IMG/VR virus record: IMGVR_UViG_3300014613_000025
Coordinates: 9,114-73,113 of that record
Strand: one strand, 5' to 3'
DNA length: 64,000 nucleotides
DNA from: a virus
Taxonomy: Duplodnaviria; Caudoviricetes
Shown piece by piece: positions 51,853 through 62,391 of the stretch (position 1 is its first letter; every line of letters begins with the position of its first letter). The notes below the pieces were generated by a model. That model searched no databases, had not been told where the DNA came from, and worked only from the letters and a program-made list of their open reading frames with translations. The translations under genes were made by a program, and so were the position numbers.

Positions 51853-52314
51853 ATGACCCTGCAAGTTAGCGTTCCCTGCAAAGAGCAGCGGATGATCGTG
51901 CCCGTCTACAACGCGAGCACCGCCGCTGTCATCAAGGCCAATACCGCTGTGCGACTCGTGACTAGCACGACTGTCAATCAGGTCTATTCGGTGAGCAACG
52001 TCGGTGCTACCGCTGGCGGCGCAAACCTCACGTTCATCTTCGGTGTGTGTGAGAGTCAGATCGCAACCGGAGGCGTTGGCGAGTGCGTCATTCACGGACC
52101 GGCTGAGATTACCGCCGCGTCTGCAATCACCGTCAAGTCGCCAGTGTGCGCGAACCCTGGCACCGCCGCGATTCGTGGCCGCTCGACTACCGCTACCATC
52201 GTGACCGCTGGTGGCGCGGTGTCCAGCAAGTATCTCGGTTGGGCCATGACCGTTGGCGCTACCGGTTCGACCCACGTCGTTTTCGTCAACACCCCGCACG
52301 CGCCGATTGCGTGA
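51853..52314 (+). CDS. Capsid decoration/cement protein (DUF2190-like)
   Basis: SD aaggag; FGVCE...GECVIHG...LGWAMT; directly before the MCP. Confidence 0.65.
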   Translation: MTLQVSVPCKEQRMIVPVYNASTAAVIKANTAVRLVTSTTVNQVYSVSNVGATAGGANLTFIFGVCESQIATGGVGECVIHGPAEITAASAITVKSPVCANPGTAAIRGRSTTATIVTAGGAVSSKYLGWAMTVGATGSTHVVFVNTPHAPIA

Positions 52315-52328
52315 TAAGGAGCCCAACT

Positions 52329-53438
52329 ATGACTGAGCCGCGAATCACCCAGATCCGTGACCTCGATACCGGGCTCATGCTTCGGTTCGACGAGGCCAAC
52401 CACACTGTCACGCTGCCCGATGGCCGAGTGCTTGACTTCGTCGAGCACGACCCGTCTGCCATGCTGCAACGCGACTTCTCGCTTAGCGACGTTCACGTTG
52501 CTGCGGCGTTGACGAACTTCGCCGTTGACTACGGTTCCCAGCAAGGCCAGGCGATTGCCGACTTGGTAGCGCCGCCCATCCTGGTCGACAAGGCGTCTGA
52601 CTACTACCACACGTTCGACAAAAACAACCGCTATCGTCGAGTCAACACCCTGTTGAGCACGAACGATGGGGCGATTCCTGAGATTGGCGCAGCCAAGTCC
52701 AGTTCGTCTTACACGGTTGATTCCTACGGTGCTTCGACGTTCGTTCCGCTCAAGATCGAAGCGGGCGCGGATGCCGTCGTTCAACCGCGTATGCGTGCCA
52801 TGCGGCGTATCATGAACGCCATGGTCACTGACCGTGAGCACCGCGTTGCGGCTGCTGCACTGAACGCTACCACGTTCGCGTCCTACCTGACCACGTTGAC
52901 GTCCTCGAACTTCTGGGATGACGGCGCGGACTCGGACCCTCGCAAGAACATCATCGACGCAACGGAAGCCATGCTCGCGCCTTGCACGCATATGGCTCTC
53001 AGCGAGAAGTCGTGGAACCGACTCGTTCACAACGCCAAGTCGCAGCAATACGGCATTAGCGTTGGAATGGCTGTGAATGAAGCGCCCGCTGCGTTCATGG
53101 CTCGCCTTGGATTCCCGAACATTACGCCACTCATCGGTCGTATGCGCTCGGAGTCCACCACGACTGGTACTACCACGTTGTCCTTCGTGTGGGACGATGA
53201 CGTGCTGTTCTTCCACAACCCGCAGGGGTCGACGGAAGACGAGCAGGAAGTGCCTACCATCCGCACGTTCCGCTGGGTTCTCCCCGGCATGTCTGCTGCC
53301 TCCGGTGGCTTCCGTATCCGCGAGTGGGACCAGCCCGACCGTGGCTCTGACGGTGGCCGCAAGATGGCAGTGCTGTGTGACGAGAAGGTGGTTGTGACTG
53401 GTGTGGATACCGGTTACATGATCCAGAACGTTTGGTGA
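52329..53438 (+). CDS. Major capsid protein
   Basis: SD aaggag; ALTNFAVDY...IADLVAPPILV; DPRKNI; position in head module. Confidence 0.8.
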   Translation: MTEPRITQIRDLDTGLMLRFDEANHTVTLPDGRVLDFVEHDPSAMLQRDFSLSDVHVAAALTNFAVDYGSQQGQAIADLVAPPILVDKASDYYHTFDKNNRYRRVNTLLSTNDGAIPEIGAAKSSSSYTVDSYGASTFVPLKIEAGADAVVQPRMRAMRRIMNAMVTDREHRVAAAALNATTFASYLTTLTSSNFWDDGADSDPRKNIIDATEAMLAPCTHMALSEKSWNRLVHNAKSQQYGISVGMAVNEAPAAFMARLGFPNITPLIGRMRSESTTTGTTTLSFVWDDDVLFFHNPQGSTEDEQEVPTIRTFRWVLPGMSAASGGFRIREWDQPDRGSDGGRKMAVLCDEKVVVTGVDTGYMIQNVW

Positions 53439-53824
53439 TGAGTATGAGTAAGCAAGGACGACCTGGGGGCGGCAGTTATGCGCTGTCGTCAATGCCGAAA
53501 ACGGTTGTGCAAAAGTCGGTTGAGGTAGAGTCTGAGGCCGCGAAAGTGGCTGAGGATGTGGCGCCCATCGACGAAGTGAAGGAACCAATGGAACAAGAAG
53601 TCAAGCAGATCTTTGCAGTGTCTCGCTGTTGCTATTCAAGCGCAGGCAAGATCGTTACCGCCGAGAAGTTCGACCGCATTGTGGATTGCAAACCACAAGA
53701 CCTGAAGGAGCTGAAGGCGGAGGGTTGCGTGATTGAGATTACCGAATCAGAATTGGCTGCGGTTCGCGCTGTGTCCAAGTCTGACGGCCCCGACCGCGCC
53801 AAGTTGCTCGCCCTGCTGGCCTAA
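53438..53824 (+). CDS. Hypothetical head-module protein
   Basis: TGATG coupling. Confidence 0.55.
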   Translation: MSMSKQGRPGGGSYALSSMPKTVVQKSVEVESEAAKVAEDVAPIDEVKEPMEQEVKQIFAVSRCCYSSAGKIVTAEKFDRIVDCKPQDLKELKAEGCVIEITESELAAVRAVSKSDGPDRAKLLALLA

Positions 53825-53827
53825 CGC

Positions 53828-54316
53828 ATGGGACGGTATCTGTCGCAAACCGGAGGCACGAGTGCCACTGGCGATCTGACCCAAGCGATTGGCAATGACC
53901 GCTTGTCTATCTTGTGCCCCAACACCGACAATGGTACCGTCTCAACGTCTGCTGTCGCCACGGTTATCACCAAGGCAGAGGCGGAAGTCAACAGCCTTCT
54001 AGGGCCTAACTTTTCGGTGCCTGTTGCCACGTCAATCGTGGCCGACATTGTGAAGTTGTGCGCCTGCGATATCGCTGTCCACTTCTGCTATAAACGCACT
54101 ACGGAATTCCGTGATGACCAGGGCAACACTCCTGTGCAACCAGACTTCGTCGAGGCCGTAAAGCGGTTGAAGGAATTGAAGTCAGGCGAGCGAGACATGG
54201 GAGATGAGGCAGCTACTAGCAAGTCATCCACGGTAGGCGGTGTTGTGTACTACAGCACCAACGCCTTTATCGTGGAGACTGCGGAGTCTACTGACGGGCC
54301 TAGCGGTGGGTTCTAG
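53828..54316 (+). CDS. Head-tail adaptor (DUF1320, Mu gp36-like)
   Basis: AEAEVNSLL...CACDIAVHFCY...AVKRLKELKSG. Confidence 0.75.
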   Translation: MGRYLSQTGGTSATGDLTQAIGNDRLSILCPNTDNGTVSTSAVATVITKAEAEVNSLLGPNFSVPVATSIVADIVKLCACDIAVHFCYKRTTEFRDDQGNTPVQPDFVEAVKRLKELKSGERDMGDEAATSKSSTVGGVVYYSTNAFIVETAESTDGPSGGF

Positions 54317-54769
54317 GTGGCTGTCACAATCAACGTTAGCGCGTTCCTGAAGTCGTGGGAAACCATGCAGAACCGCATGGATGCTAACGGCCAAACCGCA
54401 TGGCGCAATGCCGTGCGCGAGGCGTGGGACTCGCAGCGCGAGCATGGTTATCAGAACAAGACGGGACGCTTGACGGCGTCGATGTCTTGGAAGACCTCGC
54501 AGCGCGGCAAGTTCAATTGGGCTGGTAGGCTAAAGACGTCAGCCCCATACGCTGTATACGTGGACAGCGGGACTGGTATCTACGGGAGAGGTACTCCAAT
54601 CGTGCCTATCCGCGCCAAGTTCCTGCGATTCTGGATTGGTCCTAGACTGGTGTTTGCTAAGTCAGTCAAAGGATTCAAGGGTGCCAAGTTCACGAACAAT
54701 GCGCGTGGCATCTTTGAGAACAACGCACCATCATGGGTACAGAAGGCGCTTGATTCGGCGGTGAGATAA
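54317..54769 (+). CDS. Neck protein (HK97 gp10-like)
   Basis: TGRLTAS...APYAVYVDSGT...KFLRF...VFAKSV. Confidence 0.7.
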   Translation: MAVTINVSAFLKSWETMQNRMDANGQTAWRNAVREAWDSQREHGYQNKTGRLTASMSWKTSQRGKFNWAGRLKTSAPYAVYVDSGTGIYGRGTPIVPIRAKFLRFWIGPRLVFAKSVKGFKGAKFTNNARGIFENNAPSWVQKALDSAVR

Positions 54770-55515
54770 TGACTGCGCGCATTGACCAAATGGGCGCGGT
54801 GGTTGTGCCGCTGTCAAGCGTCGCGACAGGCGGGTCTCTTGTCTCGCTTGCTGACCCGGTCATCACAGACCTGCTTAGCAAGTTCAAGGCGGTACTGCGT
54901 GACAAGCTGGACACCGCGTGGAATAGCGCGGCATCTCAGACCAGCTCCCACGTAGTCGAGGGCACGTATGCGTGCGCGCCAGCACCCATGACAGGGCGCG
55001 GGTGGAAGTGGCCCGCGCTGTTCATGTGGCGCGACCGAGAGCGGTTGTTCTATCGGACGTCGTGCTACCGTTGCGCGGAGTCGACAGGGCATCTGCTATT
55101 CATCCTGCCACCGATGCCGTACGAGCAAGCCATTAGGCTTGACCCGATACGGACGGCAGTGCGTACCGTGCTTGACCTCTACAACGAGCAGCACGGCGAC
55201 CCTGACACGGCTAGCGGGGCATGCCCAATGACGGCGAACACCCTTGAGGCGTTCACGTTCAATGAGGCCGAATACGGATACGAATTCGACGACAAGTTGC
55301 ACACCGCTCACCCGGTGCTTGACCTGACGTGGACAATGCGCGAGCGGCAAGCGTTCGTTGATGACAACTACGTTACACTGTCTCGCATTGAGACCACCAT
55401 CGAGGTTATGCCTGAAGATGCCGCAACGAGTGGCGTTGACTTGGTTGTGACTCACTATGGGGCTGTCGCTTCTAGTGGGTTCTCTAGCGGGTTCAGTAGC
55501 ATAGGGTTCTATTGA
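54769..55515 (+). CDS. Putative tail terminator/completion protein
   Basis: Position; WPALFMWR. Confidence 0.5.
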   Translation: MTARIDQMGAVVVPLSSVATGGSLVSLADPVITDLLSKFKAVLRDKLDTAWNSAASQTSSHVVEGTYACAPAPMTGRGWKWPALFMWRDRERLFYRTSCYRCAESTGHLLFILPPMPYEQAIRLDPIRTAVRTVLDLYNEQHGDPDTASGACPMTANTLEAFTFNEAEYGYEFDDKLHTAHPVLDLTWTMRERQAFVDDNYVTLSRIETTIEVMPEDAATSGVDLVVTHYGAVASSGFSSGFSSIGFY

Positions 55516-56183
55516 TGGCTGACACAGAACGAACCACAGCAGACCTTCAAACGCTGTTTGCTGACAATGCGTCTGGCGCCATTAGCCCGCAAGACCTGCG
55601 CGACTTCCTGGTGTCAGCGCAGATGCACGGCACGTCATGTTGGGAAGACCAACAGGGCGACGCCATCAATTCTCAGTCGAACCGGCACGACTTGACAATT
55701 GAGGTGTATAGGGACACTGGTCACTATATGTCACACTACAGGCGCGACCAAGACAACCACCTGTCGTGCAAGTATCAGATGTCGCACGAGTGGTCTGGCA
55801 CGTCAGCCACACGCCTACACGTGCATTGCATCCCGGTGGCGACAGGCGCTGGCAACGTGGTATTCCAGACTAAGTATGTTTGGGGCCGCGTGGGTTATGT
55901 GCTGCCCGCGTCCGCTAGTTGGACCACCAAGCTTTCGACCATGTCTGTGGCAAGTGCTGACGTCTACAAGCCGGTATTGCATCACCTGGCGACGTGTGCT
56001 GTGGTGACTGGTTGCGCGGCATCGTCTGTGCTGTATGCCACGGTAAGTCGACTGGGCCTGACGGCATCCGCTGACACCTACTCAGCGAGCAAGACTGGCG
56101 GCACGGCAGCGGCCAACCTGGCCTTGGAATTCGTCGACAATCACTTTACGAAGAAACGCGCTGGGACTATCAGCGAATACTGA
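55515..56183 (+). CDS. Putative virion protein
   Basis: LFADNASGAISPQDLRDF N-terminus; TGATG coupling. Confidence 0.55.
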   Translation: MADTERTTADLQTLFADNASGAISPQDLRDFLVSAQMHGTSCWEDQQGDAINSQSNRHDLTIEVYRDTGHYMSHYRRDQDNHLSCKYQMSHEWSGTSATRLHVHCIPVATGAGNVVFQTKYVWGRVGYVLPASASWTTKLSTMSVASADVYKPVLHHLATCAVVTGCAASSVLYATVSRLGLTASADTYSASKTGGTAAANLALEFVDNHFTKKRAGTISEY

Positions 56184-56193
56184 GAGGGCAATC

Positions 56194-56589
56194 ATGGCTA
56201 ACACATTGCGCGTCTTGGCACGCGGCGGGATTCTTGTGCTCGATGTGGAGCACGCATCGTCACCTGGAACGCAAGGCAAGCGCGCATACGTTGGCCGTGA
56301 GACTGTGCGCCAATGGCACGTAGAGAAGTTGCCGCCTGGTGTGCCGACGCATATCCAGAGCAACGAATTCCTTGAGGTTGGCGAACTGCCTATCCCGCAT
56401 TGCGCGTATCCAGCGTTGCCGGTTCCTGTCGAGGTTCCCGGCACGCGATACTTCAAGCGCGCAGTTGCGGAGGGCGACCTGTGGGCGGCAGACCGCGAGA
56501 CAGCCATCGTATGCGGGGCAAGTTTTGATCCGACCTTCGGCGGGGAGTACCCGTCACTGACCCCTAAGCGTGGAAAGGATCGTGAGTGA
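56194..56589 (+). CDS. Hypothetical protein before the sheath gene
   Basis: SD gagg; YFKRAVAEGDLW. Confidence 0.55.
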   Translation: MANTLRVLARGGILVLDVEHASSPGTQGKRAYVGRETVRQWHVEKLPPGVPTHIQSNEFLEVGELPIPHCAYPALPVPVEVPGTRYFKRAVAEGDLWAADRETAIVCGASFDPTFGGEYPSLTPKRGKDRE

Positions 56590-58130
56590 TGGGCAACCTG
56601 ACTCAACCGATCACCGGGCTGTCGTCAAACGATCCAGTACCGGGGACGTATCTCGAAGTTCTGTTTGCACAAGGCCAGTTGTCTGGTGACACTGGCACGC
56701 CTAAGGTGCTATTCATTGGCCCTAAGACCACGGCTGGCACTGCCACGCTGAATACGACTGTGTATCAGTTGACCGGCGAGGATGACGCGTTGGACAAGGG
56801 CGGTCGCGGCATGCCTGTGCATAGGGCCATGCGACGCTTCAACAGTATCTGTAAGAGCGCGCAATGCTATGCAGTGTTCCACGCTCAGGCTACTAGCGGC
56901 ACGGCTGCGTCGAACAAGGTGACGTTTGCCGGTGGCACTGCCGCCGCAACCGGTGTTGTGAACTACACGCTAACCGGCGAGACCATCCAGGTTGGCATCC
57001 CAAAGGGGACCACGGTAACGGCTGCCGCTACCGCGTTGAAGAACGAGATCAACCTCCAACTGAACTGGCCCGTGACTGCGGTGTCGACCGCTGGCGCAAC
57101 GACCATCACGTGCCGCTACAAGGGCACTGACGGCCTCTACATCAGGCACCATGCGTCTATCACGCCTGGCATCACCATGACGTGCACAGCGTCCGCTGCG
57201 ACGCTGCAAAGCGGCGCTGGCGTACCGGTCGTGTCTAGCGCGTTGGACGCCATCGAGCCCGACAAGTACGATTACATCGTGCCTTGCTACAACCCTGGCG
57301 CCACGGCTGCCACGGCTGACGCTCGCGTCGGGTTGATTCGCACTCAGGTGTTGGCGCAGGCATTGCCCGTCGTTGGCATTCGGCAACAGGTCATCATCGG
57401 CCACGCTGGAACGGTATCGCAAGCGGTAACGTTTACAGCGCAGGGCACGAACGGACCGGCGAACAGTCCGCGATTCCAGGTTGTGTGGCAGGAGAAGAGT
57501 GAGTGGGAGCCTATGGAGGTTGCCGCCGCTGTTGCCGCCGTTCGGTACAACAAGGAAGTCGCCAACCCTGTCTACAACTACGACAACTATGGCAAGCGCG
57601 CGAACGACATCTGGGGAGTGCCTAAGCAATACCTCAACAGCGATTACCCGACACGCACTGAACTGTCGACTGCCATCTCTGGCGGCCTGACTCCGGTGGC
57701 TGTTGCTGGTGGTACCAAGACGTATATCGTTCGGTCCTGCACGGCGTCCACCGACGTGCGAGTGCGCGACACCGCGAAGGTTACAGAGGCCGACAAGTTT
57801 GCTGCTGACCTTGCCGCTAGGTACGAGTCTATGTGGTCGAGTGCTAACCTACAAGATGACCCGGCAGACGCCAACGTCATGGTGGCCCCAACGACGCTCA
57901 CGCCTAAGCGTCTCAAGTCGCTCACCATCCTGCCGCTCTACAAGTCGCATAGCGACGCGGGTTGGCTCGACAGTGACAAGACCATGGACAAGGTCAACGG
58001 CGACGTTGTGGCTTGTGCCACTGGCATCGACCCGAACAACGGGACGCGCATCAATGCGCGATGCCCCATCCACGCAACCAAGCAGGCCCACCAGTTCGCA
58101 GCGCTTATCAGCGAGAACAGTTCGGCGTAA
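56589..58130 (+). CDS. Tail sheath protein (Mu gpL-like)
   Basis: VPGTYLEV...LFIG...; GGLTPV...YIVRSCT; 513 aa; precedes the tube gene. Confidence 0.88.
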   Translation: MGNLTQPITGLSSNDPVPGTYLEVLFAQGQLSGDTGTPKVLFIGPKTTAGTATLNTTVYQLTGEDDALDKGGRGMPVHRAMRRFNSICKSAQCYAVFHAQATSGTAASNKVTFAGGTAAATGVVNYTLTGETIQVGIPKGTTVTAAATALKNEINLQLNWPVTAVSTAGATTITCRYKGTDGLYIRHHASITPGITMTCTASAATLQSGAGVPVVSSALDAIEPDKYDYIVPCYNPGATAATADARVGLIRTQVLAQALPVVGIRQQVIIGHAGTVSQAVTFTAQGTNGPANSPRFQVVWQEKSEWEPMEVAAAVAAVRYNKEVANPVYNYDNYGKRANDIWGVPKQYLNSDYPTRTELSTAISGGLTPVAVAGGTKTYIVRSCTASTDVRVRDTAKVTEADKFAADLAARYESMWSSANLQDDPADANVMVAPTTLTPKRLKSLTILPLYKSHSDAGWLDSDKTMDKVNGDVVACATGIDPNNGTRINARCPIHATKQAHQFAALISENSSA

Positions 58131-58142
58131 GGAGCATGACCT

Positions 58143-58514
58143 ATGGCAACTGACCAGTACGCAACAGGCTATGCCTTTATCGACGGGCAACTTCTCGCCG
58201 AGTCGCAGAAGGTGAGTCTTGAGGTTGACCCGCAGCACCAAGTGATTCGTACGATGTATAAGGGCTTTGCTGGTATCAGTAAGGGCGCGCCGTCTGCCAA
58301 GGCGAGCGTGACCAATGCGGTGCCCAAGGCTGGCCCCGAATACGACTACATCACTACGTGTCAAGACGGCACTCCAATCGAATTCATCGGATGGCTTGCC
58401 AACAAGCGATACTCGTCTAAGGGATTCATGATGAACGTCAAGGGCGACTTCGGCGAAGGCGAACCCGCCACGTTCTCGTTCGACTTCGAGGGCGAACCCT
58501 GGACGGTCGAGTAA
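58143..58514 (+). CDS. Tail tube protein
   Basis: SD aaggag; follows the sheath; 123 aa. Confidence 0.75.
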   Translation: MATDQYATGYAFIDGQLLAESQKVSLEVDPQHQVIRTMYKGFAGISKGAPSAKASVTNAVPKAGPEYDYITTCQDGTPIEFIGWLANKRYSSKGFMMNVKGDFGEGEPATFSFDFEGEPWTVE

Positions 58515-58579
58515 CGCTTACGGGTCTGTGATACGACAACCGCGCGAGGGCGTGCGATGACAGAATGAGGTAGGACTAC

Positions 58580-59290
58580 ATGGGTATCGATGCGCAGTTG
58601 AGGGGCAGCGCAGGCAATGGACCTCCGAAGGACGTTCCCGCGTCGGAGCTTGTTCGCAAGCTGTCAGCGGTTGGTGCGTCTTCGGAGGTTTTGCCATTTC
58701 CGCGCAATGGGTCTGATGGCAAACCGGTGTTTGAGTACCGGTGTCGCGTGCTAACGCAAGCCGAGATTGATGCGTGCGGCGCAGCGTCGGAAGAGCACGC
58801 CCGCAAGGTGTTCAAGGGCGACAAGCGCGCTGGCGAGATTGAGATTCAGTCAATCCGTTCCGAGGCATGGGACGAGGTCTATCAGAACGCGAAGATTGTT
58901 GAATTGCTGTTCCGTGCTTGCCGCGAGGTTGACGTGCAAGACGGCAACACGAAGCACAGGCATCTGTTCGACTCGCCCGCACAGATGCGTAACCTGTTGA
59001 CCAGCGATGAGATTGCGTCTCTGTTCCACGCTTACGCTACAACGCAAGCCAAGTATGGGCCACTGTGGAGGATGCTTAGCGAGGAAGATGTTGACGCGTG
59101 GATTGAGAAGTTGTCGATGGGGTTCGACGCGTACCCTTTAGCGCACTTGGAGCACGCGGAGCTGGTACAATTGGTGCTTTCTTTGGCATACCGCCTTGCT
59201 CCCTCGAAGACAGACACTGGCTCGTCTGGTTCGCAGTCCGATCCTGGTACAAGCGAAACGTCCCATCCGACCCCTGGTGACGAAGAGTAG
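58580..59290 (+). CDS. Tail assembly chaperone
   Basis: Between tube and tape measure genes. Confidence 0.65.
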   Translation: MGIDAQLRGSAGNGPPKDVPASELVRKLSAVGASSEVLPFPRNGSDGKPVFEYRCRVLTQAEIDACGAASEEHARKVFKGDKRAGEIEIQSIRSEAWDEVYQNAKIVELLFRACREVDVQDGNTKHRHLFDSPAQMRNLLTSDEIASLFHAYATTQAKYGPLWRMLSEEDVDAWIEKLSMGFDAYPLAHLEHAELVQLVLSLAYRLAPSKTDTGSSGSQSDPGTSETSHPTPGDEE

Positions 59291-59293
59291 ATA

Positions 59294-61489
59294 ATGCCAG
59301 CGCCCATCATAGTCAACTTTCAGATCGGCGGTGCTGCCGAACTTGCGCGCGCGTTCGATACGATTGAGAAGCGCGCTAAGAAGTTGGCTAACGTTGAGGA
59401 GCGAGCGGCCAAGCAAGGTGCCAATGCCGCAAAGAGTGCGGCGCGCACTCAGATAGCCGCGTCAAAGAACCTTGAGAAGATCAAGGAACGCTCTGCGCTT
59501 ATGACTGGCAGGTGGGCCGCGCGCGCAGCGGCCCAAGAGATAAGGGCAGCGGAAAAGTCGTCTCGCGCCAAGGTTAGAATCGCAGAGCAAGAGGCAAGGG
59601 CCGTTGCTCGCGCGAAAGCTCGCGAGGCAAGGGCCATTGCCAAGGCTGACGCGGCATCTCGCATGGGCCGCACTCGCATGGCTAGTGGAGCCATGGGCGC
59701 GGTTGGTCGTGGCGTACGCGGCACTGTGGGCTCACTAACTGGCATGGCTACTGGTATGGGCCTAACCGCTGGTGGCATCGCCATCACGTCGGCTCTAATG
59801 GCTCAGGTAAAGTTGACTGAGCAAGCGGCATACCTAGTCAATTCCACACGCGACAAGACTGGTGCTGCCACGCAAACCACTGGCGGACTAACATCTTTCG
59901 CGCAGTCGATGGGTAGCAAGTACGGCGTGAGTGCCGACGAAACGCTAACGGGTTTGGGCGTTGTGGCAGAGCGCGCTGGGGGCGGTGTGGGTCTCACTAG
60001 AGCCATGAAGGACTGGGAAGACCTAACCAAGACAGCGGTCGCTTATGGCGTATCGATGGAAGACCTTGGCGCGGTTGTCGCGGCATCAATCAATGCTGGC
60101 ATCCAACCTGGCAAAGAGATGACAGACCTAATTGAAGGTCTTGTTGCCATGGGCAAAGAGGGCCAGATCGAATTCAGGAACCTTGGTCCTGAACTGCCTC
60201 GCTTGATGGGCGCCGCCAAGGCCACTGAGATGGGCGGTTCCAGTGGTGTGCGTGAGATGGTTGCGCTTGCGCAGTTGGCCGTTGACGCCACCGTTAGCGC
60301 AGAGGAAGCGCGCACCGCTGTAGCTAGGTCAATCGATGACATGGGCATGAAGGCTCCGCAGTTGCGCAAGGCTGGAGTCGAGGTGTTCGGCAAGTCGGGC
60401 AGGGTGCGAGCAACGCACGACCTGATCCCAGACATCCTAGCTGCCGCTGAGAAAGACCCTTCCAAGTTTGGTTCTGATGTCAAGTCTCCCACCGAAGCGC
60501 TGATGAAGATCTTTGGCGTGCGGTCTAAGAAGATGACCAACAGTCTCGCCAATACGTTCAGCGAGGCTGGCGGTGGCGAGGCCGGGAAGAAGGCGGTAAA
60601 GGACTTGATTCTTGGCAAGGCTGGTGCCAAGTTGGGCGGCGGTGAAAGAGATGCTGCGCTCGCCACTGTGATGGGGACTGACGCCAAGAAGTTCCAACAG
60701 AACTATGCTCAGTTTCAAGCAGAGATTGGCAAGATGCTTCCAGCCTTTACGAAGTTGCTGCCTCAGATACTCTCACTAACGCAAGGGTTTGCGAAGTTGG
60801 CTGTCGTGGTTGCCGACAATCCGCTGAAGTCATTGGGCGCATTGCTAGCATTCAACGTTGGCAAAGAGGTTGCGACAGCGGCGTTGCCGTCTCTATTCAA
60901 GAGTGCATTCGCCTCAATGCAGACTGCTACTTATGGTGGCACTGGCGGCCTTGGTAAATTGGGTGGGGCCGGATCGGCACTGGCTATCACCGCCGCTGCG
61001 GTTACAATCACAGCCATGGGAGTGGAACTTATAGACCAGGCCAGTGATAGGGGGAAGGTGGTCGGGAAGGGCGTGTTTGCTGCTGACGTGGCATCGTCTA
61101 ACATCATGAACCGTGGCGGCAAAAGCGCTAAGGACTTGGCAGACCTGGAGGCACAGCGCGTAAAGTTGGCAGCGTACGCCGATAGGTCTAAGTTTGGGGC
61201 AGTCGGCCAGGTCGCAAGCGGTGAAGACTTCGCGGCAGACGCTACCGCTTTAGTCAATCCACTAACCGTGGTTCCTGCCGTGGCAAAGATGGCATACGAC
61301 TTCTTCAAAGCAAGCTCGGAACAGTCGCAAGGCACAACGTCCGACGCAGCCGCAGAGAAGGCCGCACAGATTGCAGCCTACTTGGCCGCTAGCGAGAAGT
61401 CTGCCGCAGCCATCGCTACCAATATGGCAAAGGGAGCGGACGCGTCTGGTCGCAACGGCAAACCAGCAACCGCTCTGCCAGGTGATTGA
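59294..61489 (+). CDS. Tape measure protein
   Basis: 731 aa, Ala/Gly-rich; GKEGQIEFRNL TMP-type segment. Confidence 0.88.
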   Translation: MPAPIIVNFQIGGAAELARAFDTIEKRAKKLANVEERAAKQGANAAKSAARTQIAASKNLEKIKERSALMTGRWAARAAAQEIRAAEKSSRAKVRIAEQEARAVARAKAREARAIAKADAASRMGRTRMASGAMGAVGRGVRGTVGSLTGMATGMGLTAGGIAITSALMAQVKLTEQAAYLVNSTRDKTGAATQTTGGLTSFAQSMGSKYGVSADETLTGLGVVAERAGGGVGLTRAMKDWEDLTKTAVAYGVSMEDLGAVVAASINAGIQPGKEMTDLIEGLVAMGKEGQIEFRNLGPELPRLMGAAKATEMGGSSGVREMVALAQLAVDATVSAEEARTAVARSIDDMGMKAPQLRKAGVEVFGKSGRVRATHDLIPDILAAAEKDPSKFGSDVKSPTEALMKIFGVRSKKMTNSLANTFSEAGGGEAGKKAVKDLILGKAGAKLGGGERDAALATVMGTDAKKFQQNYAQFQAEIGKMLPAFTKLLPQILSLTQGFAKLAVVVADNPLKSLGALLAFNVGKEVATAALPSLFKSAFASMQTATYGGTGGLGKLGGAGSALAITAAAVTITAMGVELIDQASDRGKVVGKGVFAADVASSNIMNRGGKSAKDLADLEAQRVKLAAYADRSKFGAVGQVASGEDFAADATALVNPLTVVPAVAKMAYDFFKASSEQSQGTTSDAAAEKAAQIAAYLAASEKSAAAIATNMAKGADASGRNGKPATALPGD

Positions 61490-61491
61490 CC

Positions 61492-62391
61492 ATGCCGCTC
61501 ACTGACATCCTGACTCTGCTACCAGCACTGTCGTGGCGTGGTATCGAGGTACCATCGCAGACCAACAGTCTAGCGTTCAAGCATGGGCAAGCCATGCATC
61601 GACAGCACGGCATTGACGGTGCGTTCATTGAGCACACTGGGCGCGAGTCTGCTACGATGTCTTTCCGCATCCCGTTCCGCGTGGGTGTGATTGAGTACCC
61701 CGACCTGTATCCTTCGAGGTTCCGAGACTTCTGGAATGCATGCCTCGACGGGTCGACTGGCAACTTGCGGCATCCTGAATTCGGTGAGATGGATGCCAAG
61801 GTGTCATCGTTTACGCTTAGCATCACACCTGAGCGGCGAGACGGCTACGACGTTGATGTTGAATTCGTAGAGACGACTGAGAACAACATCACCGTAGCGG
61901 ACAATCCGCTAGGCCCCATCGCTGAGGCTATCTCGGTTGCGGACGCCATCAAAGACAGTGCTGCGGAATTGACACCCAAGCCAGAGTACGAGGACGGCAG
62001 TGGAGTCGACTTGCTACAGGCTCTCAAGCAGCTTGAGGGCATGCTGTTCCTGGCACAGTTGTCCGTTCAGGCAATGATCAATTCGGTCAACAACGTCATA
62101 GGCGCAGTCAACGGCATGATTGACACTGTCAACCAAGCGACTGACCCCAAGGCGTGGGGCGTTGTCGATGGGTTGAAGTCTATCGAGGCATCGTTGCAAG
62201 AGGTCAAGGATTCGCTCGCGCCAAACCAGAAGAAGATCGACTTCATCATTGCCCAACAAGACATCGCGGTTCGCGACGCGTCTGGTGCGGCGGGCATGAA
62301 GATTGCCGACTTCCTAAAGCTCAATCCGGCGCTGGCTCGCACAGGTCTGATACCCATGGGCAAAGAGTACTTCGTGCAGGTCGGCGACTAG
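61492..62391 (+). CDS. DNA circularization/tail initiator protein (Mu gpN-like)
   Basis: SWRGIEVP...EHTGRE...GNLRHPEFG...FVET. Confidence 0.8.
   Translation: MPLTDILTLLPALSWRGIEVPSQTNSLAFKHGQAMHRQHGIDGAFIEHTGRESATMSFRIPFRVGVIEYPDLYPSRFRDFWNACLDGSTGNLRHPEFGEMDAKVSSFTLSITPERRDGYDVDVEFVETTENNITVADNPLGPIAEAISVADAIKDSAAELTPKPEYEDGSGVDLLQALKQLEGMLFLAQLSVQAMINSVNNVIGAVNGMIDTVNQATDPKAWGVVDGLKSIEASLQEVKDSLAPNQKKIDFIIAQQDIAVRDASGAAGMKIADFLKLNPALARTGLIPMGKEYFVQVGD

Noticed and set aside
51148-53588. Long antisense ORFs (392 and 498 aa)
   Set aside because: Shadows of the strongly codon-biased head genes on the + strand.
58580-59290. Tail chaperone programmed frameshift
   Set aside because: A single ORF fills the gap between tube and tape measure genes; no clear slippery site was seen.
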